Both the position numbers and the translations under genes were made by a program. From Neocallimastix sp. 'constans' (taxonomy: Eukaryota): DNA of 64,000 bases. Position 1 is the stretch's first letter. Every line of letters starts with the position of its first letter. Below the pieces are notes generated by a model that ran no database searches, was not told the origin of the DNA, and worked only from the letters and a program-made list of their open reading frames with translations. The stretch is taken from NCBI GenBank assembly GCA_050613775.1, contig JBODTK010000012.1, positions 1,302,001 through 1,366,000 of the forward strand, in the 5' to 3' direction. This document shows positions 1 to 14,563 of the stretch, piece after piece.

Positions 1-1
1 A

Positions 2-943
2 ATTGCTATTTATGTTGATGATATCCTAATTTCTGGAAAGAAAAGTGTTATAGATAGAATTAAATTAGAAATTAAAGACAAATTCAATTTAAGTGACTTA
101 GGAATGGTTGATTTCATAATAGGAATCAAATTTATTAAATGCAAGGATGGTTATATTATGCATCAAATACAATATTTAAATGATATCTTAGATAGATTTG
201 ACATTGATAAATACAATGCGATATCAAATATGATGTATACTGAAAATGAGAAATTAAGAGAAACAAAGTTTGATAAAACTACATATATGCAGGCTGTAGG
301 ATGCTTACTATATTTAGCTATGGGAACAAGACCAGATATTATGTATGCGACAAGTAAAGCTACTAGAAAGAATCAAGATCCTACTCTCGAAGATTGGATG
401 AATGTTATCAAGATTTTTAGATACTTAAAAGGTACAAAACATTATGGTTTAAAGATTACTAAAGACATTAATATAAGAGTATATGTAGACGCAGATCTAG
501 GTGGTGATAGAGAGACAAAAAGATCAACTACTGGTTTCGTAATATTTATGGGTTCAGCTCCTGTGACATGGTATTCAAAGTTGCAACACTGCGTAGCTAT
601 ATCTACCGCTGAAAGTGAATATTATAGTCTGAATGAATGTGCTTTGAAATGTATGTGGTTAAGAAATTTACTGAATGAATTAGGCATAAAAATTGATTGT
701 ATAACAATTAACATTGATAATAGAGCTGCAATTTATAATAGTAAGAATGAAACAATTAATCCAAAATCAAGACACATAGATTTGAGATATCATAAAATAA
801 GAGAATTGATAAAAGAAGATAAAATAGACCTCAAGTATATCAAATCACAATACAATATTGCAGACGGTTTTACCAAATACCTTAATGGTACTTTAACGAA
901 AAAATTCAAGAACTCTTTACTATACAAAATTTATGAATATTAA
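2..943 (+). CDS. pol: Ty1/copia retrotransposon Pol, C-terminal part (RT end + RNase H); 5' truncated by the window edge
   Basis: The frame is open from nt 2 (IAIYVDDILISG, RT active-site YVDD) into ORF 104..943. Copia motifs: GCLLYLAMGTRPDIMYA, YVDADLGGD...RSTTGFV, WYSKLQHCVAISTAESEY, IDNRAAI, SRHIDLRYH, NIADGFTK. No stops or frameshifts. Confidence 0.96.
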   Translation: MAIYVDDILISGKKSVIDRIKLEIKDKFNLSDLGMVDFIIGIKFIKCKDGYIMHQIQYLNDILDRFDIDKYNAISNMMYTENEKLRETKFDKTTYMQAVGCLLYLAMGTRPDIMYATSKATRKNQDPTLEDWMNVIKIFRYLKGTKHYGLKITKDINIRVYVDADLGGDRETKRSTTGFVIFMGSAPVTWYSKLQHCVAISTAESEYYSLNECALKCMWLRNLLNELGIKIDCITINIDNRAAIYNSKNETINPKSRHIDLRYHKIRELIKEDKIDLKYIKSQYNIADGFTKYLNGTLTKKFKNSLLYKIYEY

Positions 944-949
944 ACTTAC

Positions 950-956
950 GGGGGAA
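950..956 (+). other. Polypurine tract of the copia element
   Basis: GGGGGAA lies 6 nt after the pol stop and directly abuts the TG that starts the LTR. Confidence 0.85.
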
Positions 957-1195
957 TGTTAGAAATTAAGTTTAATATTACACAAGTATAAATAATATAA
1001 ATAATATAATGTATATAGTATAACATAGATATATGAGCTAGCGTACGTAATAGTGGCGTAAAATAAGCCATATGATATATGTAATAAATGTATGTGAATC
1101 ATGTGTAAATGTAATAGTATAAAATACATGTAAAATTAAAATTTAATATATGTACACCTTTGATATTTATTAATAAAGTTATATATTTCACAACA
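957..1195 (+). mobile_element. 3' LTR of the copia element (~239 bp)
   Basis: Starts TGTTAGAAA right after the PPT and ends TTTCACAACA (TG...CA, imperfect terminal inverted repeat). AATAAA at 1172-1177. Sequence becomes low-complexity genomic background after 1195. Confidence 0.8.
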
Positions 1196-2542
1196 AATAT
1201 TAATAAATAAAGTATTGTTTTTTTTTTTTTTTTTAATTAATAAAAAAATTAAGTAAACTATTAAAATTATTTTAATTTAAATATAATAATAAAAATATTA
1301 AAACTCAAAATGGTTATATTAATATGTTCATTAGCTGTTTCTTATTATTTTTATTATTATATTTAATATGTAATTTTAAATTAATTTCTTATATTTTATA
1401 ATTATTTAATTTTTAAACATTCTTATTTTCAAAATAAATTAAAAATATTATATTTTAGTTTTTAATTAGAACAAACTTAATAATAATAATATATATTTGA
1501 ATGATATAGTTAATTTTAATTAATATAAAAAATTATTATTTTCTAAAAAATAATACTAACGCTTGAATCAAGTGTAAATTTTAATAAATATAAAAATAAT
1601 TAAAATAAAATCAATAAAATAAAATTAAAATTGTTAATTCCCCTTTAAAGTTTTATAATAGTAAAGATTAATAAAAAAAAAAAAAAAAAAAAAAACTAAT
1701 CAATACACACCTTTATATGTTTAGGAAATATATATAAATAATATAAAAGCAAAATTTTGATTTTATATTATTATTTTTTTAAATTGCTAATTTAATTCAT
1801 TCTATTAAAAAGAAAATTAAAACTATCAGTAACGACAAAAGAAAAAAAGCCAAAAAAGAAAATATTAAATCTATAATTGAAAATTTGGTAAATAATTTTT
1901 AATATATTACATTGTATCATTATTTTTTATTATTTATTCATCAAAATTGCTTTTTTAAGTAGGATTCTTCCAAACTTTATCATCATGTAAATATTAGTGT
2001 TTTAATGATTCTTTGGTCTGTCTGTCTGTAGTAATAACTAAATTAACTGTTAAGATAATAAACCTAATTTCTACCAAATATTTATTATTATATTATAATT
2101 ATAAAAAAAATAAAAAATAGTATATTTTATGTCTCTTTATTAATTTAAGTAAAGTTCATAATATAAATTGTTTTAATTTTTTTAACATGTGATAACCATT
2201 CATCATATATTTTTTTAATATAATTTTATTCATCAGTCAATTGCTTTTCTTTTCTTTTTTATATATTATTAGTTAACTATTTTTTTACAATATTTAATAT
2301 ATAAAACTTTTTTTTGTTTATTTATTTAATATGTAATAAATAAACTCTGACCTGATCATTAAATAAAATTAATAATACAAACATTAATATAATGATATAT
2401 TTCTATTATTAGTATGTAAATAATTAAATAATAATGATAATAATGATAATAAAAATTTTTATTATTGTATTTAATTATTTTTGCTATTATTATTTTGATG
2501 ATTATATTATCCCTTATTTCATGTTTTATTTTTTTTTTTTTA

Positions 2543-2640
2543 AACTTAATCAAAGAGAATAATATTTCAAATTATTAGAAAATTATTTTTTTTTCTTACA
2601 CTTAATCAAAGAGAATAATATTTCAAATTATTAGAAAATT
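2543..2640. repeat. Short direct duplication (~41 bp)
   Basis: ACTTAATCAAAGAGAATAATATTTCAAATTATTAGAAAATT occurs at ~2544 and ~2600. Confidence 0.8.
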
Positions 2641-4042
2641 TCTTGAAATATTATTCTCTTTAATTATTATTATTATACTAATTATATTATAAGATTATTG
2701 GTACTATTATAAAATTATTTTTATTATTATTATTATAACTATTTCTATTACTATTATTATTAAAAATAATATTATTCCTATTATACTATTATTATTATTT
2801 TTATTAATATTATTATTAGAATAATTAATTTTTATGAAATTAAAACATAAAAAATAAAAAGAACAAACTATAACCACCAAAACTTAATATTATATATCAT
2901 ATTAAATATATCATTATATTATTTCATTGGAATTAAAGTTAACTTTTATTTTTTTTATTATTACTAGTTATAATTCTAATTTATATAAATATTTATATTT
3001 ATTTCTTTTCTTTTCTTTTTTTTTTTTTTTTAATTTTTTTTTCTTGTCAAGTTTTGTTTAGTTTTTATTTCGTTTCTTTAAATAAAAATAATAAATTAAT
3101 TTTAAATATATAAATATGAATAAATATTAAATTTTACGAACTATATGAAAGAATTTATTTTTGATAATAAAAATTATCAAAAATAAATTATATCTAGAAC
3201 TACATCGTTTTAAAGAGGTCGTATTTTTCATTATAAAAAAATAATATAAAATAAATAAAGAAAATAGAATATGTGTAATAAAAAATTGTTGTTTATATAT
3301 AATGAAATATGTTTTTTAATTATTTTTTTTAAAAAAGAAAATAAAATAAAATAAAATTAAAATTGAAAAACATAAAAATAATGAAAATAATAATAATATT
3401 TTAAATGCTATTTTACTAATTTTTTTTTATGTATTTAGAATATTATTTTTATTTCTAATTTTTTAATGTAAAATAGCAGATTAATTTTATAAATTTGAAA
3501 TAGTTTTATTTATTAATATATTGATAATTAATATTACTAACTAAATATTAATAAATTACTTATAAGGATAATATAACCCATTATTTTATTATTTGTATAT
3601 TTATTTTTACTAGTTATTGTTACATAATAAAAACATTACAATTCATATTATAAGATAATAAAGAATATATATAATACCTTATTTTTTTAAATTAAAAAAA
3701 CATTTCTTTATTATATATATTGAAATTATTAATGAATAAACCATATTATATAAATTAAATAAAAAATTCTAATTCATGAACTTTTTTGTAATAATAAATA
3801 TTTTTTATTATTTATAGTTTAAAATATTTAACTATTTATATTAAATTATAAATATATCCTAAATTTCCAAGGTTAATAGTAATATATATTAAAAATTTTA
3901 TTTAATAATAATATATTTAAAGAAAAAAAAGTATTGGAACATTGTTAATTACAAAATACAACCCAAGAGATTCTAATTGTTAAAAGACCTTTTAATTCCA
4001 ATTTAATAGATAATAAATAATAATTAATAAATAATAAATAAT

Positions 4043-4089
<47 letters not shown>

Positions 4090-4327
4090 CCCTCCTTAAA
4101 AAAATTTTTTTAAAAAAATTTATATTTATTAAATTTTTTTTTTTTGAATCTTTAAACAGTCAAAAATACAATTTGACTGTGATTAATATAAACAATTTAT
4201 TTATTTATACATTTATGCATACATAATTTATTTTTTTAATTACAAATAGTTTTTAATAATAATAATAGCATTTTATTATATATATATATATATATATAAA
4301 AAGGGAACCTTATTTAAAATAATCTCA

Positions 4328-5407
4328 TTACTGACATTGTGAGTACCATTCATTCATCATCTTACAAGTACCTTCCTTACAACAAGTTGGACCATTGAAA
4401 CCTTGACCACCACATTGAGCCCAACGAGCGGCACAATTACTGTTGTTACTTGGGTTTGAAGCATTATTACCACTATTGTTATTGTTATTGTTCCAATTCC
4501 AACCACCATTGTTATTATTGTTATTATTACTATTATTACTTCCTTGGTTATTGGAGTTTCCATTTGATGGTGTACTAGTACTGGTACCAAGAATCTTCAA
4601 CATTTCTTGAGCATAACGTTCACCAAAAGTACGGTATGCGGCAGAAGTAAAGTGAAGACCATCACCTTGCTGTCCTAAACCTTGAGAAGAGATAACGTGT
4701 GCAGTTGGAATGGTTTGTGGAAGTTTTTGAATAATAGAATTCATACTACCACATGAACCACCTTGACTACTTTGAACTACTTCACCAGCAAGAAGTGGAA
4801 CATCTTGAGCATTCAAACCTAAATCAGTTAAAAGATTTTGATAAATACCCTTAACACGGTTTGGCCAGTTCTGTTGACCAGTGTTAGTTTCACCTTGATG
4901 AAGAAGAATACCCTTAATAACACCAGATTGTTGTGCCTTCTTACCCATTTCAACTAAACGACCATATGGATTACCACCATAAGCGTTAATTCTACCAGTC
5001 ATGTAAGATTCAGCACGATAATTTCTATAGTTATCCTTTTCGAAAAGTTGAATATCACAACCAGCAACGGCAACAACAGCAACACCAACCTTAATATTAG
5101 ATGGCAGGTTTTTAACTAAAGTACGACCAAAATAGTCTACTGGTCCTAATTTACCATCACAGTTAGCAAGTGGTGGAATAGCATCATACCAATTACCAAC
5201 TTGACGGCCATTACAACCACTAACAGTAGAAATCATCTGGAATCTTTTATCAACAGTTCTATCTTGATTCTCAATTGGACCTTGACCTTCCATATTAGAC
5301 TGACCAAAAGCTAAGTAGATATGGAAATTTGGGTCAGGAGCCGCAAAGGTTTGAGAAATGGCCATCAAAGTGGTAGTAATAAATGAAACAATGGTAATAG
5401 TTCTCAT
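4328..5407 (-). CDS. axeA: Secreted carbohydrate esterase family 6 (acetylxylan esterase, SGNH fold) with Asn/Ser-rich linker and C-terminal CBM1
   Basis: Signal peptide ([22 protein letters not shown]). CE6 motifs [14 protein letters not shown] and DGLH. Low-complexity linker, then CBM1 [19 protein letters not shown]...NEWYSQCQ. Intronless and GC-richer than the flanks. Confidence 0.95.
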   Translation of the reverse strand: MRTITIVSFITTTLMAISQTFAAPDPNFHIYLAFGQSNMEGQGPIENQDRTVDKRFQMISTVSGCNGRQVGNWYDAIPPLANCDGKLGPVDYFGRTLVKNLPSNIKVGVAVVAVAGCDIQLFEKDNYRNYRAESYMTGRINAYGGNPYGRLVEMGKKAQQSGVIKGILLHQGETNTGQQNWPNRVKGIYQNLLTDLGLNAQDVPLLAGEVVQSSQGGSCGSMNSIIQKLPQTIPTAHVISSQGLGQQGDGLHFTSAAYRTFGERYAQEMLKILGTSTSTPSNGNSNNQGSNNSNNNNNNNGGWNWNNNNNNSGNNASNPSNNSNCAARWAQCGGQGFNGPTCCKEGTCKMMNEWYSQCQ

Positions 5408-6507
5408 TTTTTCTTTCTTCTATTTTTAATCAAAAATTCTTATAAATATTTTAGATTTTTTTAACACTGACCTTAGAAGCTTTTAAATAAAAAAATAATA
5501 ATAATAATTTTTTTTATAAAAAAATAATATTTTTATTAATATTATATCTATCTTTTTTATCAAAAAAAAGATGATTTTATTTTTTTTCTTTCTTTAATAA
5601 ATTAATTGAAAGATATTAATAAAAATGAAAAATAAAAAATGAAAGAAAAAAATGACCCATTTATATACATAAATTTAATAAAAAAAAAAAAAACGGAAAT
5701 TATATTTTAAAAGTGAGACAAATACAAAATGTCAAAATATTAAATTATAAATGACTAATAAATAATATGACAAATACATAAATATAATACATTTTTTAAT
5801 TTAATATTACAATATAATAATTTATTATATATATATTTATTTTGTGATTATTATGCTTTGATTAATATAAAAATAAATTAAAAAAATTTTTAAATATTAT
5901 CACTTTTCTATAATAATACCATTAAGTGTTATTAAACGATCATATTGAAAATAGATAAAGCATAAATAAAATATAAATATACTTTGAGACATAAACAAAA
6001 CGAAGTTTTGAAATATAATTTTTTAATTAATATATAACATTATTTAATAAAATAAAGAATATTTTTTTAAGTATTCATTGTTAAATTAATATATCATTAA
6101 ATTAAATATATTATTAAATTTTTTATTTATGTGTCTTTAAAAAAAAAATATTATTAATCATGTAAAAAGTTTATCATTATTAAATTTTTTAAAGTTTAAT
6201 AATTAATAATTAATTAATGAGCGGCTATTTTTTAATCATATTATTTTGACTCATATCATAATTTATTTATTGTATATTAAATTATTCTTTTTTTTATATA
6301 AATATCTTTTTTTTTTTTTTTGATGGAGATATTTTTTTAATATATATAAATTAAAAAGTTTAATTATATTTATTTAAAATTTGGGATATATTGATATATA
6401 TTATCTATTTAAGTAGTTGTATACAAATATCCAATTTTTTTTTTTAATTTGCTATAACTATAATACTATATAAGATTTCTTTATTTTTAATAAAAATACA
6501 AATGCTG

Positions 6508-6780
6508 ATGTAAATAAATAATATAAAATATAATTATATTTATTAATATTAGTAAAAATAAATTAAAAAAAAAAAAAAAATCCTGAATAATTTTATCGTT
6601 TTATAATAAAAAAAAAAAAAAAAAAATACTATAAACCTTTATTAGTTTTAGTATAAAAATTAAAATGTAAATAAATAATAAATAATATAATTATTTATTA
6701 ATATTAGTAAAGAATAAATTAAAAAAAAAAAAAAAAAAAATACTATAAACCTTTATTAGTTTTAGTATAAAAATTAAAAT
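6508..6780. repeat. Imperfect local tandem duplication (~115-155 bp unit)
   Basis: Two copies of ATGTAAATAAATAAT...TTTATTAATATTAGTAAA...poly(A)...TACTATAAACCTTTATTAGTTTTAGTATAAAAATTAAAAT. Confidence 0.7.
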
Positions 6781-7632
6781 CATTTTAATTTTACAATTTA
6801 TTTAATAGATAAAAAAATCAACATATTCTTTTTTAATCTTTATGTGGAATTAATAAAGATAAGTTTGTAGATTATGGCGTAAAATTTAAATTATACCAAA
6901 TATAGACTAACATAAATAAAATAATAAATAATTATTTTATAAAACGTATTTAACAATTAATTTATAAATAATACTTTTTTAAAATTATACCAAGAATTTT
7001 TTATTATTTAATAAATAAAAAAAAAAGTTCCTTCTAAAAACAGTTAAGAATTAGCATATTAATATTGCTTTATTAAGCAAACATTATTGTATTATTTTAT
7101 TAAATATTATATATATATTTATAAAAAAAATTTAAATTTTATATTTATACTAATACTTATTATATTAATAATCATATTTGTAAAAAAAAAAATAATAATA
7201 ATAATAATAATAATAATTAAATCTTATTAATAAAATATAAATATAAATAATACAGATATAATAAATATTATATATTATATACATATTTTTATTTATATGT
7301 AATTTTTCAAACATATCCTGTAATGTTTCGTATATATTTTTTTCTAATTAAATATTAAAATTAAAATTTATATAATAATTAATTAAGGAGTCAATAAAAA
7401 ATATGATGTGTGAACTATGAAATATAACATTATTTAATTAAATTTTATTTATTATTTATTCATCTATTTTAATAAAATATTTAAAAGTCAAAATATTATT
7501 TTTTAAAATAATGTTCCTTCTTATATTTTATATACAAATTATTACATAATTAAATTTATAAATATTTATGCTATTTTAATATATATAGTTTAAATATTGT
7601 GTTAAACTTTAACAAGTATTATATTAATAATT

Positions 7633-7695
<63 letters not shown>

Positions 7696-8927
7696 ATAAT
7701 TTAATCTTATTTATAATAAAATACTAATGAAAATAATGATGATATAATAAATATAATACATATTATATATATATTTATATTTTTATATAATTTTACTAAC
7801 ATATAATTAAAGATTATTACATATCATAGTATAATCAATACTTTTTAAATAAAAGAAATTTTTTATCGTTTATATTGGAACTAAGTCTTATTTGTATAAA
7901 ACATCAAAATATTATTTAAATATATCATAAAAAAAATTATATAAAGTCGACTTTAAAAATTGATTTAATTATAATTTATATAAATTATTATTTTTTTTAT
8001 TTTTTATTTTTTGTTGAAAATATATAAATAATTAACTCATAAAACCATACTTTATGTATTCCTTTAATTTTCAAGATTTAAATATTATTTATTTAATATT
8101 AAAAATAAATTATTTCTAAATTTTTATAGAATTTATTTAAATTCAATTATGAAATAGAAACTTGATTTTTTTATATATAATATGCCTAAATAATTGTTAA
8201 TGAAATAACTATTAAAAAAATGCAAAATCAACTCAAATTTTCTTATAGAAAATTATAAAGATATTGATGTATTTCTTTATATATATAACTTATTTTCCTA
8301 TAAACTTTTATATATATTTTTCAAATCTTATATTAAACAATTTAATTTATCATTTTCTAAGCTATCTCTAAAGAATTTATTTTATAAATATTAAAGCATT
8401 TTATCTAAAATATATCATATTCATTGAATTTGAATAAAATTTCCTAATTTTAAAATACTATTAAATACTAAATATCAATATTATAATAATTATATATTAT
8501 TATAAAATTATATTATTATAAAATAATATTATTATAAAATAAGTTAACAATTTTTTTTATATATTTTTATTTATTTTTTTTTTAATAACACTATTTAAAA
8601 GTATAAAAACATATATATAATAAAATAAACTTATATAAACAATGACAATTACAATATTAATACTCTTAATAAACACATTTAATATTCAAGACTTTTGCAT
8701 TGAACGGTATTATTATAAATGTTCAATATAAAAATATCTATAATTAAAACGTAAATAATAATAAGAGATAAAAAATACTAAAGATAAATATGAAATTTTT
8801 ATTATTATATTATTGATAATTTTAAAAAAAACAATTAATAAATATACTTTATATGCATTTGAATTCTACATAAAAATTAATTACATATCATATAATAAAA
8901 TATTAAACTTTTAATGTATTAAATTAT

Positions 8928-10631
<1,704 letters not shown>

Positions 10632-10897
10632 TTTCTAATATTACTATTCAAATTGTTTTTAATATGATTATATTTTATAATTCAATAATAAATATTTTTA
10701 TTATATTATAAGACAATATAAAATAGAAAATGAAGCAAAGGAAAGAAAAAAAGCATTTATATACTAATTTTTAACATAAAAATAAAATAAAATAAAATAA
10801 AAATTTATATAAAATTTTTGAATATAAATTAAAATTATATAAAATAAAATATATATATATATATTGAATCTTATTTATAAAATATATTATAATTAAA

Positions 10898-10963
<66 letters not shown>

Positions 10964-11688
10964 TAAAAAAATTATTTAGTTGTATAATTTTAATTCATAT
11001 TTCTTATGTACAATAAAAAAAATTAAAATTTTTTAATTACATAGACAAAGAATATTTACTTTAAAAATAAGCGTATTATATTAAAGAAAGAAAACATTTT
11101 TTTTCATTAAATCCCATTAAATGTCATAATCTAATAATTTAAATGATACAATTCTTAATATCCTAATAAAAGAGTAGTGTTATATATATTAATCCTATAT
11201 ATTAATCTAATGAAATTCATGTAGTATAGAAAAAAAAGTTTAGTATAAAATATTTATGAAATATTCTTTAATCAATAATATATTAGATTAAATATATTAG
11301 TAATTAATTTAATATTTATTAATAATATTAAATTTAAAATCATTAAATAAGATGTCTTTTTTTTTTTAATATAAAATTAAAATTGAATAATATTGTAATT
11401 TACTTTATTATATATAAAATATATTACACAATACAATTAAATTTATATGTAATTAATAATAATAGTTTATAAATAGTTTTACATCTTTATATCTATGTCT
11501 ATATTTATTTTTATAATTTATATGTCCAATGATAATTTCTTATCTATGTCTATGAAATTTAGGCAAATTATTTTATCAATATTTTTATATAATATAAAAT
11601 TTAATTATGTTAATATATTTATTTATTTATTTATTTATTTAATATATATATCTATTAATTATATTACTATTTTTTCATTCATAAAATC

Positions 11689-11746
<58 letters not shown>

Positions 11747-14345
11747 TCTTATTATACTTAATCTCTCACTATAAAGTATATTATTCAAATCATTTTAACT
11801 TATCGAACTTTAATTAATGCTAAATATAAAAAGTTTTTATATTAAATTATTGAAAATATGTTATACTAACCATTATGTAAAAATAACTCACTTAATACAT
11901 TTAATTTCTCATTTTATGTCATACTTTTCCTTTCATAATTTTATCTAATTTATATTATCTAATTTTTGCTTATTTTTTTTTTACAAAGAATTCTATGAAT
12001 AGTTTTAATCTATATAATTAATTATTGCAAAGTTTACAATTCCATAAAGAAAAAAAATATTTTAAAAGCAAACAAAAACCAATTTATATATATTCATTTA
12101 ATATTATTATTCTTTTTATATATATTCATATCTTAAATTTATCATTAATAATTGTATATCCCTCTATTTCATGTGAAGAATTATTTTAATAGGAAATATT
12201 ATTCCAACTAAAATAAGTCACCAAAATCATAGTTAATTTTAAAATGAATATTAAATTAATATATTATTAATAAATATTACAACTTTAACAAACATCCTAG
12301 ATGTAAATATTTTTTTATTTTATTTTTAATACAATCATATATAATAATAAAAATTGTCAAGAATAACTGTATAAAATAGAGAATATAAAAATAAATTAAA
12401 TGAAAATAAAAAAAATAAATAAATAATAATGATATAAATTTATTTATTTTCATTTCATTGAATTTTAAAATGTATTCACATACATTATAAACAATATTAT
12501 TGATATATTAATAAATGGATATTCATTAATAAATGTATATTTTTATTTTTAAAATTATACATAATTTTAAAAGTAAAAATATATTAACGCATGGACTTAA
12601 ATATATACATATATATATTAGTAATTATTATAACAATTTAAAGAAAAGAATATATAAAATTATAAGATCGGGCAAATCACTATTTCTCCATTCCTGTTGT
12701 TCCTTCAATAACTGTCGAAATTAGCGTCAAATAACAGAAAAAAAATAATATTAACAATGAACTACTAAATATAAACAAATTTGTATAATAATTATACTTT
12801 AAATTATAATATTCGAATGAAATTATATAATTCTAAAATTCATATTTATGATATAAAAAAATGGTTAAATTTCTTTTAATATACGTATCATTTTAATCAA
12901 ATATTAAAATTTATATAATTTTTTTGTCTAAATATATAAATAAAATAAATATTATTATTTTTTTATTTACAATATATACCTATATGAAATTATATATATA
13001 AGCATAAATATCAGAATTATAAATATTTAAGTTCATTATTTTCTTTTTTAAAATATGATTACTATATAATCTATTTTGACTAATTTTTTCTTTTATGGTC
13101 TTTATTTAATATGACCTTAATTGCGATTTCTCAATCCTCAACAAGCGGTTTAATCTTCATTAATTAAATATATTGTAATAAGTAAATGATTGAACTATTT
13201 TATGACATATTTTATGACATATATATATATATATATATATTTACTAAACTCTTTTACTATATTGATAGAAGCATCACTTAATAAAAACTAATTTATAATT
13301 CAAAAGATGTCTTTCATAAGGTTAGTTTAATTTTATTTTTTTATTTAACATTTTAACCTTTAGCAATTGTTTTACAAAAATTTTCAACAAATATTAATTA
13401 TTTGAAAACTTATTGCTAATAGTATTATTAAATTTATTAATTCAATTCCTTTTCGAAATATTATATGTAATTTGGCTCCATTTTCATGAGAAAAACTAAT
13501 TTAAAAAAGAAGTTTTATATTAAATCAAGTAATACAAAAGTTATTAATTCTGTTAGAAAATTAGTATTTTTAGTTTACAAATTTAATTAATATTTTAATT
13601 AATATTTTTATTTTATTACAACTTTTATTATAATTATAAATATTAAATAGTTTATTATGTATAAATAGGATGATGTATTATAATAATATATAGTTTATAA
13701 AGATTTTGAAGAAATTTTCAAAAATTCTTTATTTTTATAAGCCTCTTTTATATAATTAATATGAAAACGTATACTTAAGGTATTGAAATATATATGATCC
13801 ATCAAATGTATTTTATAAGTATAAATATCATTAAATTATGTATTCTTAAAAATTAAGCCTTTTGCTTCAAATAAATATAGTAAGTCAATAAACAAATATT
13901 GAGATTTTTATCAAATTCAAAATATTTATTTATAAAATAATATTTATTATTAGCAATTAAATCATTTCTTTTAAGCATTATATAATTTAACAAATATTAA
14001 AATAATTTTATTTCATTAAAATCATGGTTATTTTAGGAAATAACTTTACAAAAATAAAAAATATTTTAAAATTATATTAATAATTTAAATCGTGTTTATT
14101 ATTATAATATTTCAATTTTTGATAATTTATTATTATATATATATATTTAATGTATAAATATTTTTTTTTTTTTTTTTTTTTTGAATGGGTGAATTATTCT
14201 ATATAGTTTCTAAAAACAAGGAAATTATAAATTTCATCAATTATTTATAAATATTTTAAATTAATATAATTCTTTATGTATATATATTTTTTCTATTTCA
14301 TTAAAAATTTATAAATATATTATTACCTACTACTATTATGATAAT

Positions 14346-14389
<44 letters not shown>

Positions 14390-14563
14390 TGAAATTATTA
14401 TTAGTATATCCTAGGTTTTAATAAAAATGTCAAATTTTAGATTGTTAAAAAAAATTTTTTTAAACTTTGTTCTAAGTTTAATAATAACATTATTTCATCT
14501 ATAAAATAAGGGAATTCCTTATTATAAGTATCATTTTCATTAATTTTTTGCTCATAGAATGTT

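Noticed and set aside
4357..4590. Short overlapping ORFs (also 18442, 31153, 31343, 31875, 52758, 56802)
   Set aside because: Off-frame or antisense shadows of real genes or pseudogenes.
5660..5668. TATA boxes upstream of the CE6 gene and the 10631 gene
   Set aside because: TATATAAA is uninformative at this AT content without transcript start data.
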